Notes: generated by a model not told the origin, from the sequence alone. 24,472 nucleotides of DNA from Myxococcota bacterium (GCA_041288095.1 JBGGMJ010000142.1:1-24472), one strand, 5' to 3'. Shown: positions 16,510 to 24,468, counted from the stretch's first letter. Program-made: numbers and translations.

Positions 16510-17970
16510 TCATGCTTTGCGCCTCGCCTGATTGGCGCGGACCAAGCGATGCACGGTGCGCCGCGCGAGACCTAGCTCCTGCGCCGTACGCGCGGTGTTC
16601 TGTCCGCTCGCCGAATACGTGCTCATCACCGCGTCGGTGATGAGGTGATCGATGCTCGAGACCGCGGCGCGTGGCGTAATGAGCAAATCGGTCGCGGTCA
16701 GCTCACGCGCATCGCTCATCACACAGGCTCGAGTCAGCGTGTTGATGAGCTCACGAACGTTTCCCGGCCAGCCATGCAGCCGCAGCTTCTCCCATGCCGC
16801 GGGGGTGAGAGTCCGCGGCGGCTGTTGTGAGCGCAGGAAGCGCTCGCTGATCTCGAGCAGGTCCTCCTGACGCTCGCGCAAAGGCGGCACCTTGAGGGTG
16901 ATGACGCTGAGGCGATGGAATAGGTCCTCACGAAAGCGGCTGGCGCGGACCATCTCCGCCAAGTTGCGGTGGCTCGCGACCACCAAGCGCACGTCGACGG
17001 GCCTCTCCACGTTCTCGCCGATGCGGCGGATGACCCGCAGCTCGACCGCCCGCAAGAGCTCGGCCTGGACGCCGGGTGACAGCTCCGCGACTTCGTCCAA
17101 GAACAAGGTCCCACCGTCCGCCGCTGCGAACGCACCGATGCGGTCGCTGTCGGCACCGGTGAACGCGCCGCGAGTGTGACCGAAGAGCTCGCTGCTCGCG
17201 AGCGTCGACGACAAGACGGCGGCGTTGATGGCGACGAACGCGCCGCCGCGGCCGCTCAATTGGTGAAGCTGGCGCGCCACGATCTCCTTGCCCGCGCCGC
17301 TCTCACCTTCGATGGTGACCGTCGCGCTGCTGGGGGCGATGCGCGCCACCTGGCTCTCGACCAGGCGCATGGCCGGCGACCGCGCCGGAGTCGGGCCGCC
17401 GTCAGGCAGGGTCGCGCGCACCTCGAGTCGCTTGCGCCCGACGCGTAACGCCGCGTGCCGCGCGAGCGTCGCCTCACCCACGCGTGTACCGTCCACGTAG
17501 GTGCCGTTGCGGCTACCGAGATCGACGACGCGGATTGCTTCGCCGGACCGCAATAGCGCGCAGTGAAAGAGCGACACGCGGCGATCGACCGTGGGGATGT
17601 CGCACGATGGGTGCCGTCCGACGAGAATGGGCCGGCCGTCGACCGGATGCTCGCGTCCCTCTGGATCGAAGACGGTCACCACCGCGCCACAGGGCAACCC
17701 CTCGTCGCTCCGCGTGCGTTCGCCCATCATGGCGCTGGGCCGGAGCAGGGGCTCGCGCATCCAGGTGAGCGACCAACCGTCGCCGGCGAAGGGCAAATCG
17801 GACGGCACCTCACGCAGTCCATCGTCGAACGCCAGGTATGCGAAGCCCTCGACGAGGACGATGGCGTGGGCGTGCGTCGCCGCGGCGATGGGCTCGGGTA
17901 AGACGTGCGCGCCGTTGGGATAGAGCAGGGCAAGGGACTGCGGACCCATGCTCCAGGTCACACGATGCAT
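16510..17970 (-). CDS. FHA-domain sigma54-dependent enhancer-binding protein (FHA-AAA+-Fis HTH)
   Basis: FHA (VGRHPSCD, VSLFHC, DLGSRNGTYVDG), Walker A GESGAGKE, SELFGHTRGAFTGA, GGTLFLDEV, FREDLFHRL, WPGNVREL, HTH TAQELGLARRTVHR. SD GGAGGAGG upstream. Confidence 0.93.
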   Translation of the reverse strand: MHRVTWSMGPQSLALLYPNGAHVLPEPIAAATHAHAIVLVEGFAYLAFDDGLREVPSDLPFAGDGWSLTWMREPLLRPSAMMGERTRSDEGLPCGAVVTVFDPEGREHPVDGRPILVGRHPSCDIPTVDRRVSLFHCALLRSGEAIRVVDLGSRNGTYVDGTRVGEATLARHAALRVGRKRLEVRATLPDGGPTPARSPAMRLVESQVARIAPSSATVTIEGESGAGKEIVARQLHQLSGRGGAFVAINAAVLSSTLASSELFGHTRGAFTGADSDRIGAFAAADGGTLFLDEVAELSPGVQAELLRAVELRVIRRIGENVERPVDVRLVVASHRNLAEMVRASRFREDLFHRLSVITLKVPPLRERQEDLLEISERFLRSQQPPRTLTPAAWEKLRLHGWPGNVRELINTLTRACVMSDARELTATDLLITPRAAVSSIDHLITDAVMSTYSASGQNTARTAQELGLARRTVHRLVRANQARRKA

Positions 17971-18027
17971 CTGAGGTGGCTCCTCCTCCGCGCAACCGCG
18001 AAGGGATGTGGTTACCTAGAGCTTGTT

Positions 18028-18043
18028 TACAAACAGCGTGCCG
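18028..18043 (-). promoter_or_regulatory. Candidate sigma54 (-24/-12) promoter upstream of the FHA activator gene
   Basis: Minus strand CGGCACGCTGTTTGTA versus consensus TGGCACGNNNNTTGCW, with correct spacing; the -12 GC is GT. Confidence 0.45.
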
Positions 18044-18176
18044 CGCCGGGAGCCTCGCAAACCGCTCCCGTGATGCGGATCACGCGAGGTGGGTGCACCA
18101 CGCGTCTCAAACTGCGACACGCATTTGCGAGCGACGCTTGTCTTGCCGGGGAGCAACCTGATTTAGGTGGCGCCCC

Positions 18177-19172
18177 ATGACGTCCATGCTCGCAGGCGAC
18201 CAAGGTCTCGCCGAAGTCGAAGCCCTGATGCAGCGCCTCGCGGTCGGCGGCTCTCACGACCATGCGGCGACCATCGTTCTCGACCACTTGGCGAGCGGCG
18301 GCAAGCGCTTGCGCGCCCGTCTTGGCCTCGCCGCCGCCGAAGCTCTCGGCAAGAAGACCAGCGACGCCATCGGTTGGGCCGCGGCCTGCGAGATCCTGCA
18401 CAACGCGACCCTCGTCCATGATGACTTGCAGGATGGCGACCGTGTTCGACGCGGGCGCCCAACCACCTGGGTGACCTTCGGCTCGGCGCAAGCGATCAAC
18501 GGCGGCGACCTTCTCTTTCAGATGCCGTATGCCGCCATCAGCACGCTCGCGGCGGACGACGCCGTCAAATGGCGCCTCGCGAACATCCTCTGCCGTCAGG
18601 CGTCCCAGGTCATCCGCGGCCAGATTGACGAGCTCGAGATGACGACCCGGATGGACACGACCTGGCCGATCTACGACCAGGCCATCATCGGTAAGACGAG
18701 CGCGCTCTTCGAGCTGCCGGTCGAGGGTGCCGCGGTGCTGTGCGGCGCGACCGACGCCGAAGCCGCGAAGCTCGTGAGCCCCTTCCGCGTCCTCGGCATG
18801 CTCTTTCAGATGCAAGATGACGTGCTCGATCTCTTTGCCGACAAGGGCCGCGAGAGCCGCGGCTCCGACGTTCGCGAAGGCAAGGTCAGCGCTTTGGTCG
18901 TCGAGCACGTGACGCGTTACCCGAACGAGCGTGACTGGCTCGTCGGCATCTTGAAAACGCCGCGTGACCAGACGACCCAAGCGATGGTCGACGAGGTCAT
19001 CGAGCGCTTCGCGAAGGGTGGGGCGCTGCGTGGCGTCTGCGAGCGCATCGACAAGGAATCGAGCCGTGCGGTCAGCGCGCCCGAGCTCGAGGGAACGCCG
19101 AAGCTCGCGCGTCTCATGAGCGAGTTGGTCAAGGTCATCGTCGAGCCCATCGCGGCCGTGATGAAGGGCTAG
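18177..19172 (+). CDS. Trans-isoprenyl diphosphate (polyprenyl) synthase
   Basis: GGKRLR, first Asp-rich motif HDDLQDGD, RRGRPT, AINGGD, GQ, GKTSALF, second motif FQMQDDVLD, DVREGK. Confidence 0.92.
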   Translation: MTSMLAGDQGLAEVEALMQRLAVGGSHDHAATIVLDHLASGGKRLRARLGLAAAEALGKKTSDAIGWAAACEILHNATLVHDDLQDGDRVRRGRPTTWVTFGSAQAINGGDLLFQMPYAAISTLAADDAVKWRLANILCRQASQVIRGQIDELEMTTRMDTTWPIYDQAIIGKTSALFELPVEGAAVLCGATDAEAAKLVSPFRVLGMLFQMQDDVLDLFADKGRESRGSDVREGKVSALVVEHVTRYPNERDWLVGILKTPRDQTTQAMVDEVIERFAKGGALRGVCERIDKESSRAVSAPELEGTPKLARLMSELVKVIVEPIAAVMKG

Positions 19173-19173
19173 T

Positions 19174-19209
19174 GCCGCCTCAAGTGGCGGCCAGCTAGCG
19201 AAGCGAAAT
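19174..19209. repeat. 36-bp REP-like dispersed palindromic repeat, copy 2 (inverted relative to copy 1)
   Basis: GCCGCCTCAAGTGGCGGCCAGCTAGCGAAGCGAAAT; reverse complement matches 5006-5041 with one mismatch. Begins 1 nt after the polyprenyl synthase stop. Confidence 0.85.
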
Positions 19210-19223
19210 ACCCGCCGAAGGCG

Positions 19224-19287
19224 ACAGCGCAGCTCATAACCCGCCGACGCGGCGAATCACCTCAACGCGGGTTATGAGATGCGCTGT
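19224..19287. repeat. Long inverted repeat (21-bp arms, 1 mismatch, 22-nt loop)
   Basis: ACAGCGCAGCTCATAACCCGC (19224-19244) pairs with GCGGGTTATGAGATGCGCTGT (19267-19287). Confidence 0.8.
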
Positions 19288-19316
19288 AGAACCTCGCGCC
19301 AGCTCGGCATGTTCTC

Positions 19317-19336
19317 GCTGACAACAGGTTGTCAGC
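19317..19336. promoter_or_regulatory. Operator-like palindrome GCTGACAAC-AG-GTTGTCAGC
   Basis: Perfect 9-bp arms with a 2-nt spacer, 50 nt upstream of the ATG at 19387. Confidence 0.5.
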
Positions 19337-19386
19337 CAACGCGATAACCCCGACGACCCATACGCACGACAGGGCGGGGACTATCC

Positions 19387-20562
19387 ATGGTTTCGGTTGT
19401 TGGAATTCCAGGCTCGAGCTCCGTCGCCAATCGACAGGGCGACGCCCTCACGAGCGACCAGAGTCGCCGCCTCGATGCAGCCAGAAAAGATCTGGAATAT
19501 CAGGGTTCTATGGTGACGCCAGGGGCCTTGGCTGCGTCCTCGGGGCTGAGCGTCGACCTCGCGACCGAGTACCTGCGCGGGAAGGGCGCGGCGACGGGCG
19601 AGCTGCCGACGACTCAGATCATGCTCGATTTCATCGCTGCCCGTGCCGCCCGCGCCACCATCGACCATGCCATAGCCAAAGCTCAGGAGTCGCTGCCGGC
19701 GCTCTACGCACCGCCGCCGAAGCCCGCGACCGATCTGCTCGAGCAGCGCCCCCCGCACCTGCGGCGCCGCTACCCCGATCTCGTGGCGTGGGACCGCGGC
19801 ATCTACAAGGCTTTCCCCATCGGCGTCGTCCTCGGACTCGCCCCTTACTTCTATCTCTCGACGCACGACCACAAGCCCGCGATAGCGCTCGCCGCGAGCG
19901 CGCTCGTTGCCGGTGTCGTCACCGCGCTCCCGGCGCTGCGCAACGCCGTCGCCAACTTCTTCGAGCGTCGGGCGATCGCGAAGGCCAACACGCAGATCAG
20001 CCTCGACGAGGAGAAGCAGGTCGAGGCCTTCAAGGTCTCACGCGAGGCCAACGCCGACCGCATCAAACAGCAGCAAGACGAGCTCGACGCCTGGGTCGCC
20101 GGCAATGCCGCGGCGGCCGACAAGCGCGCTCACAGCATCACCAGCGTCCACCTCGAGCCCGTCCGCAACGCTCTCGAGGCCGTGAAGGACACCCAGCTGC
20201 GCAAGCACATCGCAGACGTAGCCAAGCCCCTCCTCGAGCAGCTCTTGCACACGCGGCGTTCCGAGCTCAGCGTCGGCGTGGCGGCGGACGCCGAGTCGTG
20301 GATTGCGCTGGCTCACAGCGCCGGCTCTCCCTCGGCGGGAACCCTGCTCGGCTTTGCCATCGACCATTTCAATCCGTCCGATCCCAAGGAACGCTACTGG
20401 GCCGAGGTGAACCTCGCCGCGATCAAGGATGAGTCATCGGCTGCTATCGCGGATGCATACCGAGCGCGCCTGTATGAACGTGACGCGGCGCGGTCTCCGG
20501 GTCACGCGGGCGAGCAGGTCCGCACTCTAGTCATGCTCAAGCGCTACGGGAGCACGGTCTAG
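19387..20562 (+). CDS. Hypothetical membrane protein (Ser/Gly-rich N-terminus, central hydrophobic hairpin, coiled coil)
   Basis: 391-aa ORF with GC3-rich codons and SD GGGGA. Hydrophobic segments AFPIGVVLGLAPYFYL and AIALAASALVAGVVTALPAL are followed by a charged helical region. No family recognised. Confidence 0.7.
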   Translation: MVSVVGIPGSSSVANRQGDALTSDQSRRLDAARKDLEYQGSMVTPGALAASSGLSVDLATEYLRGKGAATGELPTTQIMLDFIAARAARATIDHAIAKAQESLPALYAPPPKPATDLLEQRPPHLRRRYPDLVAWDRGIYKAFPIGVVLGLAPYFYLSTHDHKPAIALAASALVAGVVTALPALRNAVANFFERRAIAKANTQISLDEEKQVEAFKVSREANADRIKQQQDELDAWVAGNAAAADKRAHSITSVHLEPVRNALEAVKDTQLRKHIADVAKPLLEQLLHTRRSELSVGVAADAESWIALAHSAGSPSAGTLLGFAIDHFNPSDPKERYWAEVNLAAIKDESSAAIADAYRARLYERDAARSPGHAGEQVRTLVMLKRYGSTV

Positions 20563-22409
20563 CGGCACTCGTTGTGCTTGCTCTTCGCCGCCAAGTGGAC
20601 GCTGCTGTCCGGCCTGGTGATCGACATCGCCGTCTGCAATCGCGAACACGACGCCGGGTCGCTGCCGTCGGCGCGCGCCAACATCTCGGCGGCTTGGGTC
20701 TCGAGCTTGTTCAAGGCGCGGAGGATGGTCTCGTTGTCCGGCGCGAAGCTCTGCGCCTTGTACCAGTGGACGAAAGCTTCCTGGTTGTCGCCGCGGAGCT
20801 GGGCGTTTTCGCCGAGGTCGAAGAGCTCGCTCGCGATCTTGCGCTGCAGGTTACTGCTGACGGTGCTGCTCTGCGACGCGGGCATGATGGTCGCGTCGAT
20901 CGCCAACGCGTGCTCGAGCAAGCGCACGACGCGCTGTGACTCGTCCGCCGAAGCGGCTTGCTCAGCGGCATCGCGGGTGCGCTGAATCTCGACCAGCGAC
21001 GACAATAGGCGCGACACGGCTTCGCGCCCGGATTGCGAACGCGCCTTCTCGATGGCGGTGCTGACGTCGCCGCTCATGTACGCGAGAACGATCTCGCGGA
21101 CCTCGGCGTCGGGGTAGCGCGCCTGCAGCGCCAGCTCTTCGGGCGTCTGTGGCGGCTGCCAAGGCGAGAAGCGCATTTTGGCGACACGCATCGACTCCTC
21201 GACCTCGCCGAGTAACGCCTTGCCGCTCACCGATTCCGGCTTGTAGCGCAGGTGCTCGATGACCTTGTCGCGGCAGCGGACCCATTGCCGGTCGCGGCAG
21301 AGCGCTTGCGCGGCGTTGTACGCGTCGGTCGCGAGCAAGGTGCGGGCGCTCGCCGCGACACCCGCGGCCTCCTTGCCGATGGCCGAGCGCAAGGGGATCG
21401 AGTCCGCGAGGTCCAAGGCCAGACGTGGTCGATTCTGGTTGAGCGCGGTTCGGGCCTGCTCCAAGGCGCGACTCGATTCGCGCCCTTGGTCGACCGTCGA
21501 TAGGCCGTCGTGCGCCGCCAGATTGACCGGGTCGCTGTCGAGGACTTGCGCGAACGCTTTCGTCGCTTCTTCCCAGTGGGCGCGGTCGAGCTCTTCGCGA
21601 CCACGCAAGAGGCCGTCTTCGACCATGCGACCGTAGGCTGCTTCGGCGGGACTCATGCCCTCGGGCGCGCGCGGCCCGGCATGCGACGCCGCGATCACCA
21701 CCACGATGACCAGCAGCACCACCGACAGACCACCGATGCCGGCGGCGAGCTTCACGGTGCTGTCGCTGTGCGCGAAACCCATCCACACTTGCTTGGCGCG
21801 GTTGAGAGAGACCCGGCCGGCGCGGCCGAACTTGAAGTCGATGTTGCCAAAGCGGACAGTGTCGCCCGCCTTGAGCTCGCGGCGGCCGACTTTGACACCG
21901 TTGACGAAGGTGCCGTTGCTGCTCGAGAGGTCCTCGACGATGACCGAGCCGGGCTCCACCGTGAGCACCGCGTGCGTGCGCGACACCGAGACGTCGGGGA
22001 TGACGATGGCGGCGCCCTCGACGCGGCCGACCTCGAGCTCGCCGACCGGCAGCATGAAGACCTGATCGCGTACCGGCGGCACGCGGCCGGTGAGGGTGAA
22101 GGTCACTTGCTCGCGCGCGTTGTCGGAGAGCAGCTTCACCGCGAAGCCGCCGACGTCGAGCTCGACGCCGGGATTCATCTTGCGCGCGCCGCTGAGCGGT
22201 TGTCCGCCCAAGAGGACGCCGTTCACGCTCCCGAGGTCTTCGATGTAATACGAGCCCCCGCGTCGAAACACGCGGGCGTGGCGTCGCGAGACCTTGCGGT
22301 CGCGCAGCGGAATCGCAACCTGTGGATCACGCCCGAGCACGTACTCGTCGTCGACGAGGTCGACGCGTCGCTCCTCGTGGCTCGGATGCGTGATGACCAG
22401 CTGCGGCAT
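20559..22409 (-). CDS. FHA-FHA-TM-TPR/helical protein, positional analogue of the Myxococcus KilD FHA protein
   Basis: Two FHA domains (LGRDP, VSRRH, GSVNG; VGRVE, VSRTH, SSSNGT), one TM helix (AAGIGGLSVVLLVIVVVIAA), TPR-like helices (WEEATKAFAQVLDSDPVN; AFVHWYKAQSFAPDN). Starts 7 nt after the ATPase stop. Confidence 0.85.
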   Translation of the reverse strand: MPQLVITHPSHEERRVDLVDDEYVLGRDPQVAIPLRDRKVSRRHARVFRRGGSYYIEDLGSVNGVLLGGQPLSGARKMNPGVELDVGGFAVKLLSDNAREQVTFTLTGRVPPVRDQVFMLPVGELEVGRVEGAAIVIPDVSVSRTHAVLTVEPGSVIVEDLSSSNGTFVNGVKVGRRELKAGDTVRFGNIDFKFGRAGRVSLNRAKQVWMGFAHSDSTVKLAAGIGGLSVVLLVIVVVIAASHAGPRAPEGMSPAEAAYGRMVEDGLLRGREELDRAHWEEATKAFAQVLDSDPVNLAAHDGLSTVDQGRESSRALEQARTALNQNRPRLALDLADSIPLRSAIGKEAAGVAASARTLLATDAYNAAQALCRDRQWVRCRDKVIEHLRYKPESVSGKALLGEVEESMRVAKMRFSPWQPPQTPEELALQARYPDAEVREIVLAYMSGDVSTAIEKARSQSGREAVSRLLSSLVEIQRTRDAAEQAASADESQRVVRLLEHALAIDATIMPASQSSTVSSNLQRKIASELFDLGENAQLRGDNQEAFVHWYKAQSFAPDNETILRALNKLETQAAEMLARADGSDPASCSRLQTAMSITRPDSSVHLAAKSKHNECR

Positions 22410-22416
22410 CGCCTAC

Positions 22417-24468
22417 CTAGGTTTGGAAGATCTCGAAATCCGTCTTGATGCCGCGTGCCGGGAGCTCTTCGTAGAACTTCGGTACGAAGCCCGTCGGCTT
22501 GGACACGCCCATGACCCGGCCGTCCGCTGACAAGCCTTGCTGCTCGAACATGAAGATGTCGTGCATGCTGATGACGTCGGACTCCATGCCCGTCACCTCG
22601 GAGATATGGGTGATGCGTCGCGAGCCGTCCGACAGGCGTGCTTGCTGCACGATGATGTCCACCGAGCTGGCGATCTGCTCGCGGATCGCGCGCACCGGCA
22701 GGTCCATGCCACTCATGAGCACCATCGTCTCGAGGCGCGATAGCGCATCGCGGGGCGAGTTGGAGTGTACCGTCGTCAGCGCGCCTTCGTGGCCGGTGTT
22801 CATGGCCTGGAGCATGTCGAGCGCCTCTCCACCGCGGCACTCACCGACGATGATGCGCTGCGGGAACATACGCAGAGAGTTGCGCACGAGATCACGGATG
22901 GTGACCGCGCCGCGCCCCTCGATGTTCGGCGGCCGCGCCTCGAGGCGTACGACGTGGCCCTCGAGCTTGAGCTCGGCGGCGTCTTCGATGGTGACGATGC
23001 GTTCGCCCTCGGGAATGAAGGAAGAGAGGACGTTGAGCGTCGTCGTCTTACCCGAGCCGGTGCCGCCGCTGATGATGACGTTCTTGCGCGCCTTCACGCA
23101 GGTCTCGAGGAAGCTCGCCATCGCCGCGGTGAGCGTGCCGTACGCCACCAGGTCGTCGATGAGGAGCGGCTCCTTGCTGAACTTGCGGATGGTGAGGGTA
23201 GGGCCATTCAGCGCCAGCGGCGGGATGATGGCGTTGACGCGCGATCCGTTTTTCAAGCGCGCGTCCACCATGGGCGACGACTCGTCGATGCGACGGCCGA
23301 GGGGCGCCACGATGCGCTCGATGACGCCGAGCACGGCTTGGTCGCTCGAGAAGCTACGGTCGACGCGGCCGATCTTGCCGTCACGCTCGACGAAGATCTG
23401 CGAGGCACCGTTCACCATGATCTCGTTGACCGACTCGTCGTGGAGCAGATCCTCCAACGGCCCCAGCCCGAGCGCCTCGTCGAGCACGTCGTCGATGAGC
23501 GCACGAGGCTCGACAGAGGGCGGCAGCTCGCCCGACTCCTGCATGGTGCTGACGATCTCTTCGACCGATGTGCGGGTGCGCGTGCGCAGCTCTTCCTCGT
23601 CCATACTCTCGACGCCGAGGCGGCGCAGGTCGAGCGAGCGCAACAGGCGCTCGTGAACGGCGCGTAGCGCCTGCGACGCGTCGTCGCCCATGGCGCCGGC
23701 CGTGCTGGTCTCGCGGTCGTGTCGCTTCTGCGCGGGCGGGGGCTCGCGGCGCGGTTCTTCGCGCTTCGGCGCCGGCTTTGGTTCCTCGCGCCTTACCTTG
23801 GCCTTGTCCTCGATAGCGGATTCCTCGCGGCGCTTCGGCTTTTCCTGACGCCGGCTCTCCTCGCGGGACGAAGGCTTCGCCTTGCTCTGGCTCGCGTCCC
23901 AATCGTCGGCCCAGTCGGCGTCGAGACCTTCGTTCGCGTCCCAGTCTTCGTCATCGAGGACGTCGTCGCGCTTCTTCTCCTTGTCCCGGTCCTTGTCCTT
24001 CTCTTTGCCCTTGGCCTTCGGCGGCTCGGCGCGGCCATTCGATTCGTCTCGCGACTTGGCTTCTCGTCGCTCTTCGCGGCGCTTCGGTGGCGGCGGCGCG
24101 TCTTCCTCTTCTTCTTCCTCCTCGTCGCGTCCGCGTCCGCGCCCGCGAGCGTTCGAGACACTCGCTTCGTCCTCTTCTTCGTCGAGCTCGATCTCGATGG
24201 TGAAGTCACCGACGAAGATCTTGTCCCCGGCCTGCAGGTCGTATGGGGCGTCGATGCGCTTGCCGTTGATGTACGTGCCGTTGGTGCTCTTGCTGTCGAT
24301 GATGACGAAGCCGTCACCATTTTGAATGATGCGCGCGTGCCGCTTCGAGATGTTGCTCTTGGGCAGGACGATGTCGTTGCCCTGAATGCGGCCGATGGTG
24401 ATCTCGGGCTTGTCGAACTCCCGAGTCGCGGCTTTGCCACCCTTTTCGGTGATCGTCATCGTGACCAT
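22417..24468 (-). CDS. cpaF: FHA-fused Tad pilus assembly ATPase CpaF/TadA (KilF-like)
   Basis: N-terminal FHA (TIGRIQGND, ISKRH, STNGT), long charged linker, then GLGPLEDLL, EIMVNG, RRIDESSPMVDARL, GSRVN, TIRKF, Walker A GGTGSGKTT, TIEDAAEL, IIVGECRGGEA, AMNTGH, TVHSN. The start lies at the window edge and might extend upstream. Confidence 0.92.
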   Translation of the reverse strand: MVTMTITEKGGKAATREFDKPEITIGRIQGNDIVLPKSNISKRHARIIQNGDGFVIIDSKSTNGTYINGKRIDAPYDLQAGDKIFVGDFTIEIELDEEEDEASVSNARGRGRGRDEEEEEEEDAPPPPKRREERREAKSRDESNGRAEPPKAKGKEKDKDRDKEKKRDDVLDDEDWDANEGLDADWADDWDASQSKAKPSSREESRRQEKPKRREESAIEDKAKVRREEPKPAPKREEPRREPPPAQKRHDRETSTAGAMGDDASQALRAVHERLLRSLDLRRLGVESMDEEELRTRTRTSVEEIVSTMQESGELPPSVEPRALIDDVLDEALGLGPLEDLLHDESVNEIMVNGASQIFVERDGKIGRVDRSFSSDQAVLGVIERIVAPLGRRIDESSPMVDARLKNGSRVNAIIPPLALNGPTLTIRKFSKEPLLIDDLVAYGTLTAAMASFLETCVKARKNVIISGGTGSGKTTTLNVLSSFIPEGERIVTIEDAAELKLEGHVVRLEARPPNIEGRGAVTIRDLVRNSLRMFPQRIIVGECRGGEALDMLQAMNTGHEGALTTVHSNSPRDALSRLETMVLMSGMDLPVRAIREQIASSVDIIVQQARLSDGSRRITHISEVTGMESDVISMHDIFMFEQQGLSADGRVMGVSKPTGFVPKFYEELPARGIKTDFEIFQT

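Noticed and set aside
19233..19278. TCATAAC...GTTATGA as an integron attC site
   Set aside because: Pairing extends outside the AAC/GTT boxes, there are no L boxes with extrahelical bases, it is short, and no integrase or cassette array is present.
19329..20432. Alternative-frame 367-aa ORF over the orphan gene
   Set aside because: Arg/Pro-rich composition typical of an off-frame read; the 19387 frame has normal codon bias and an SD.
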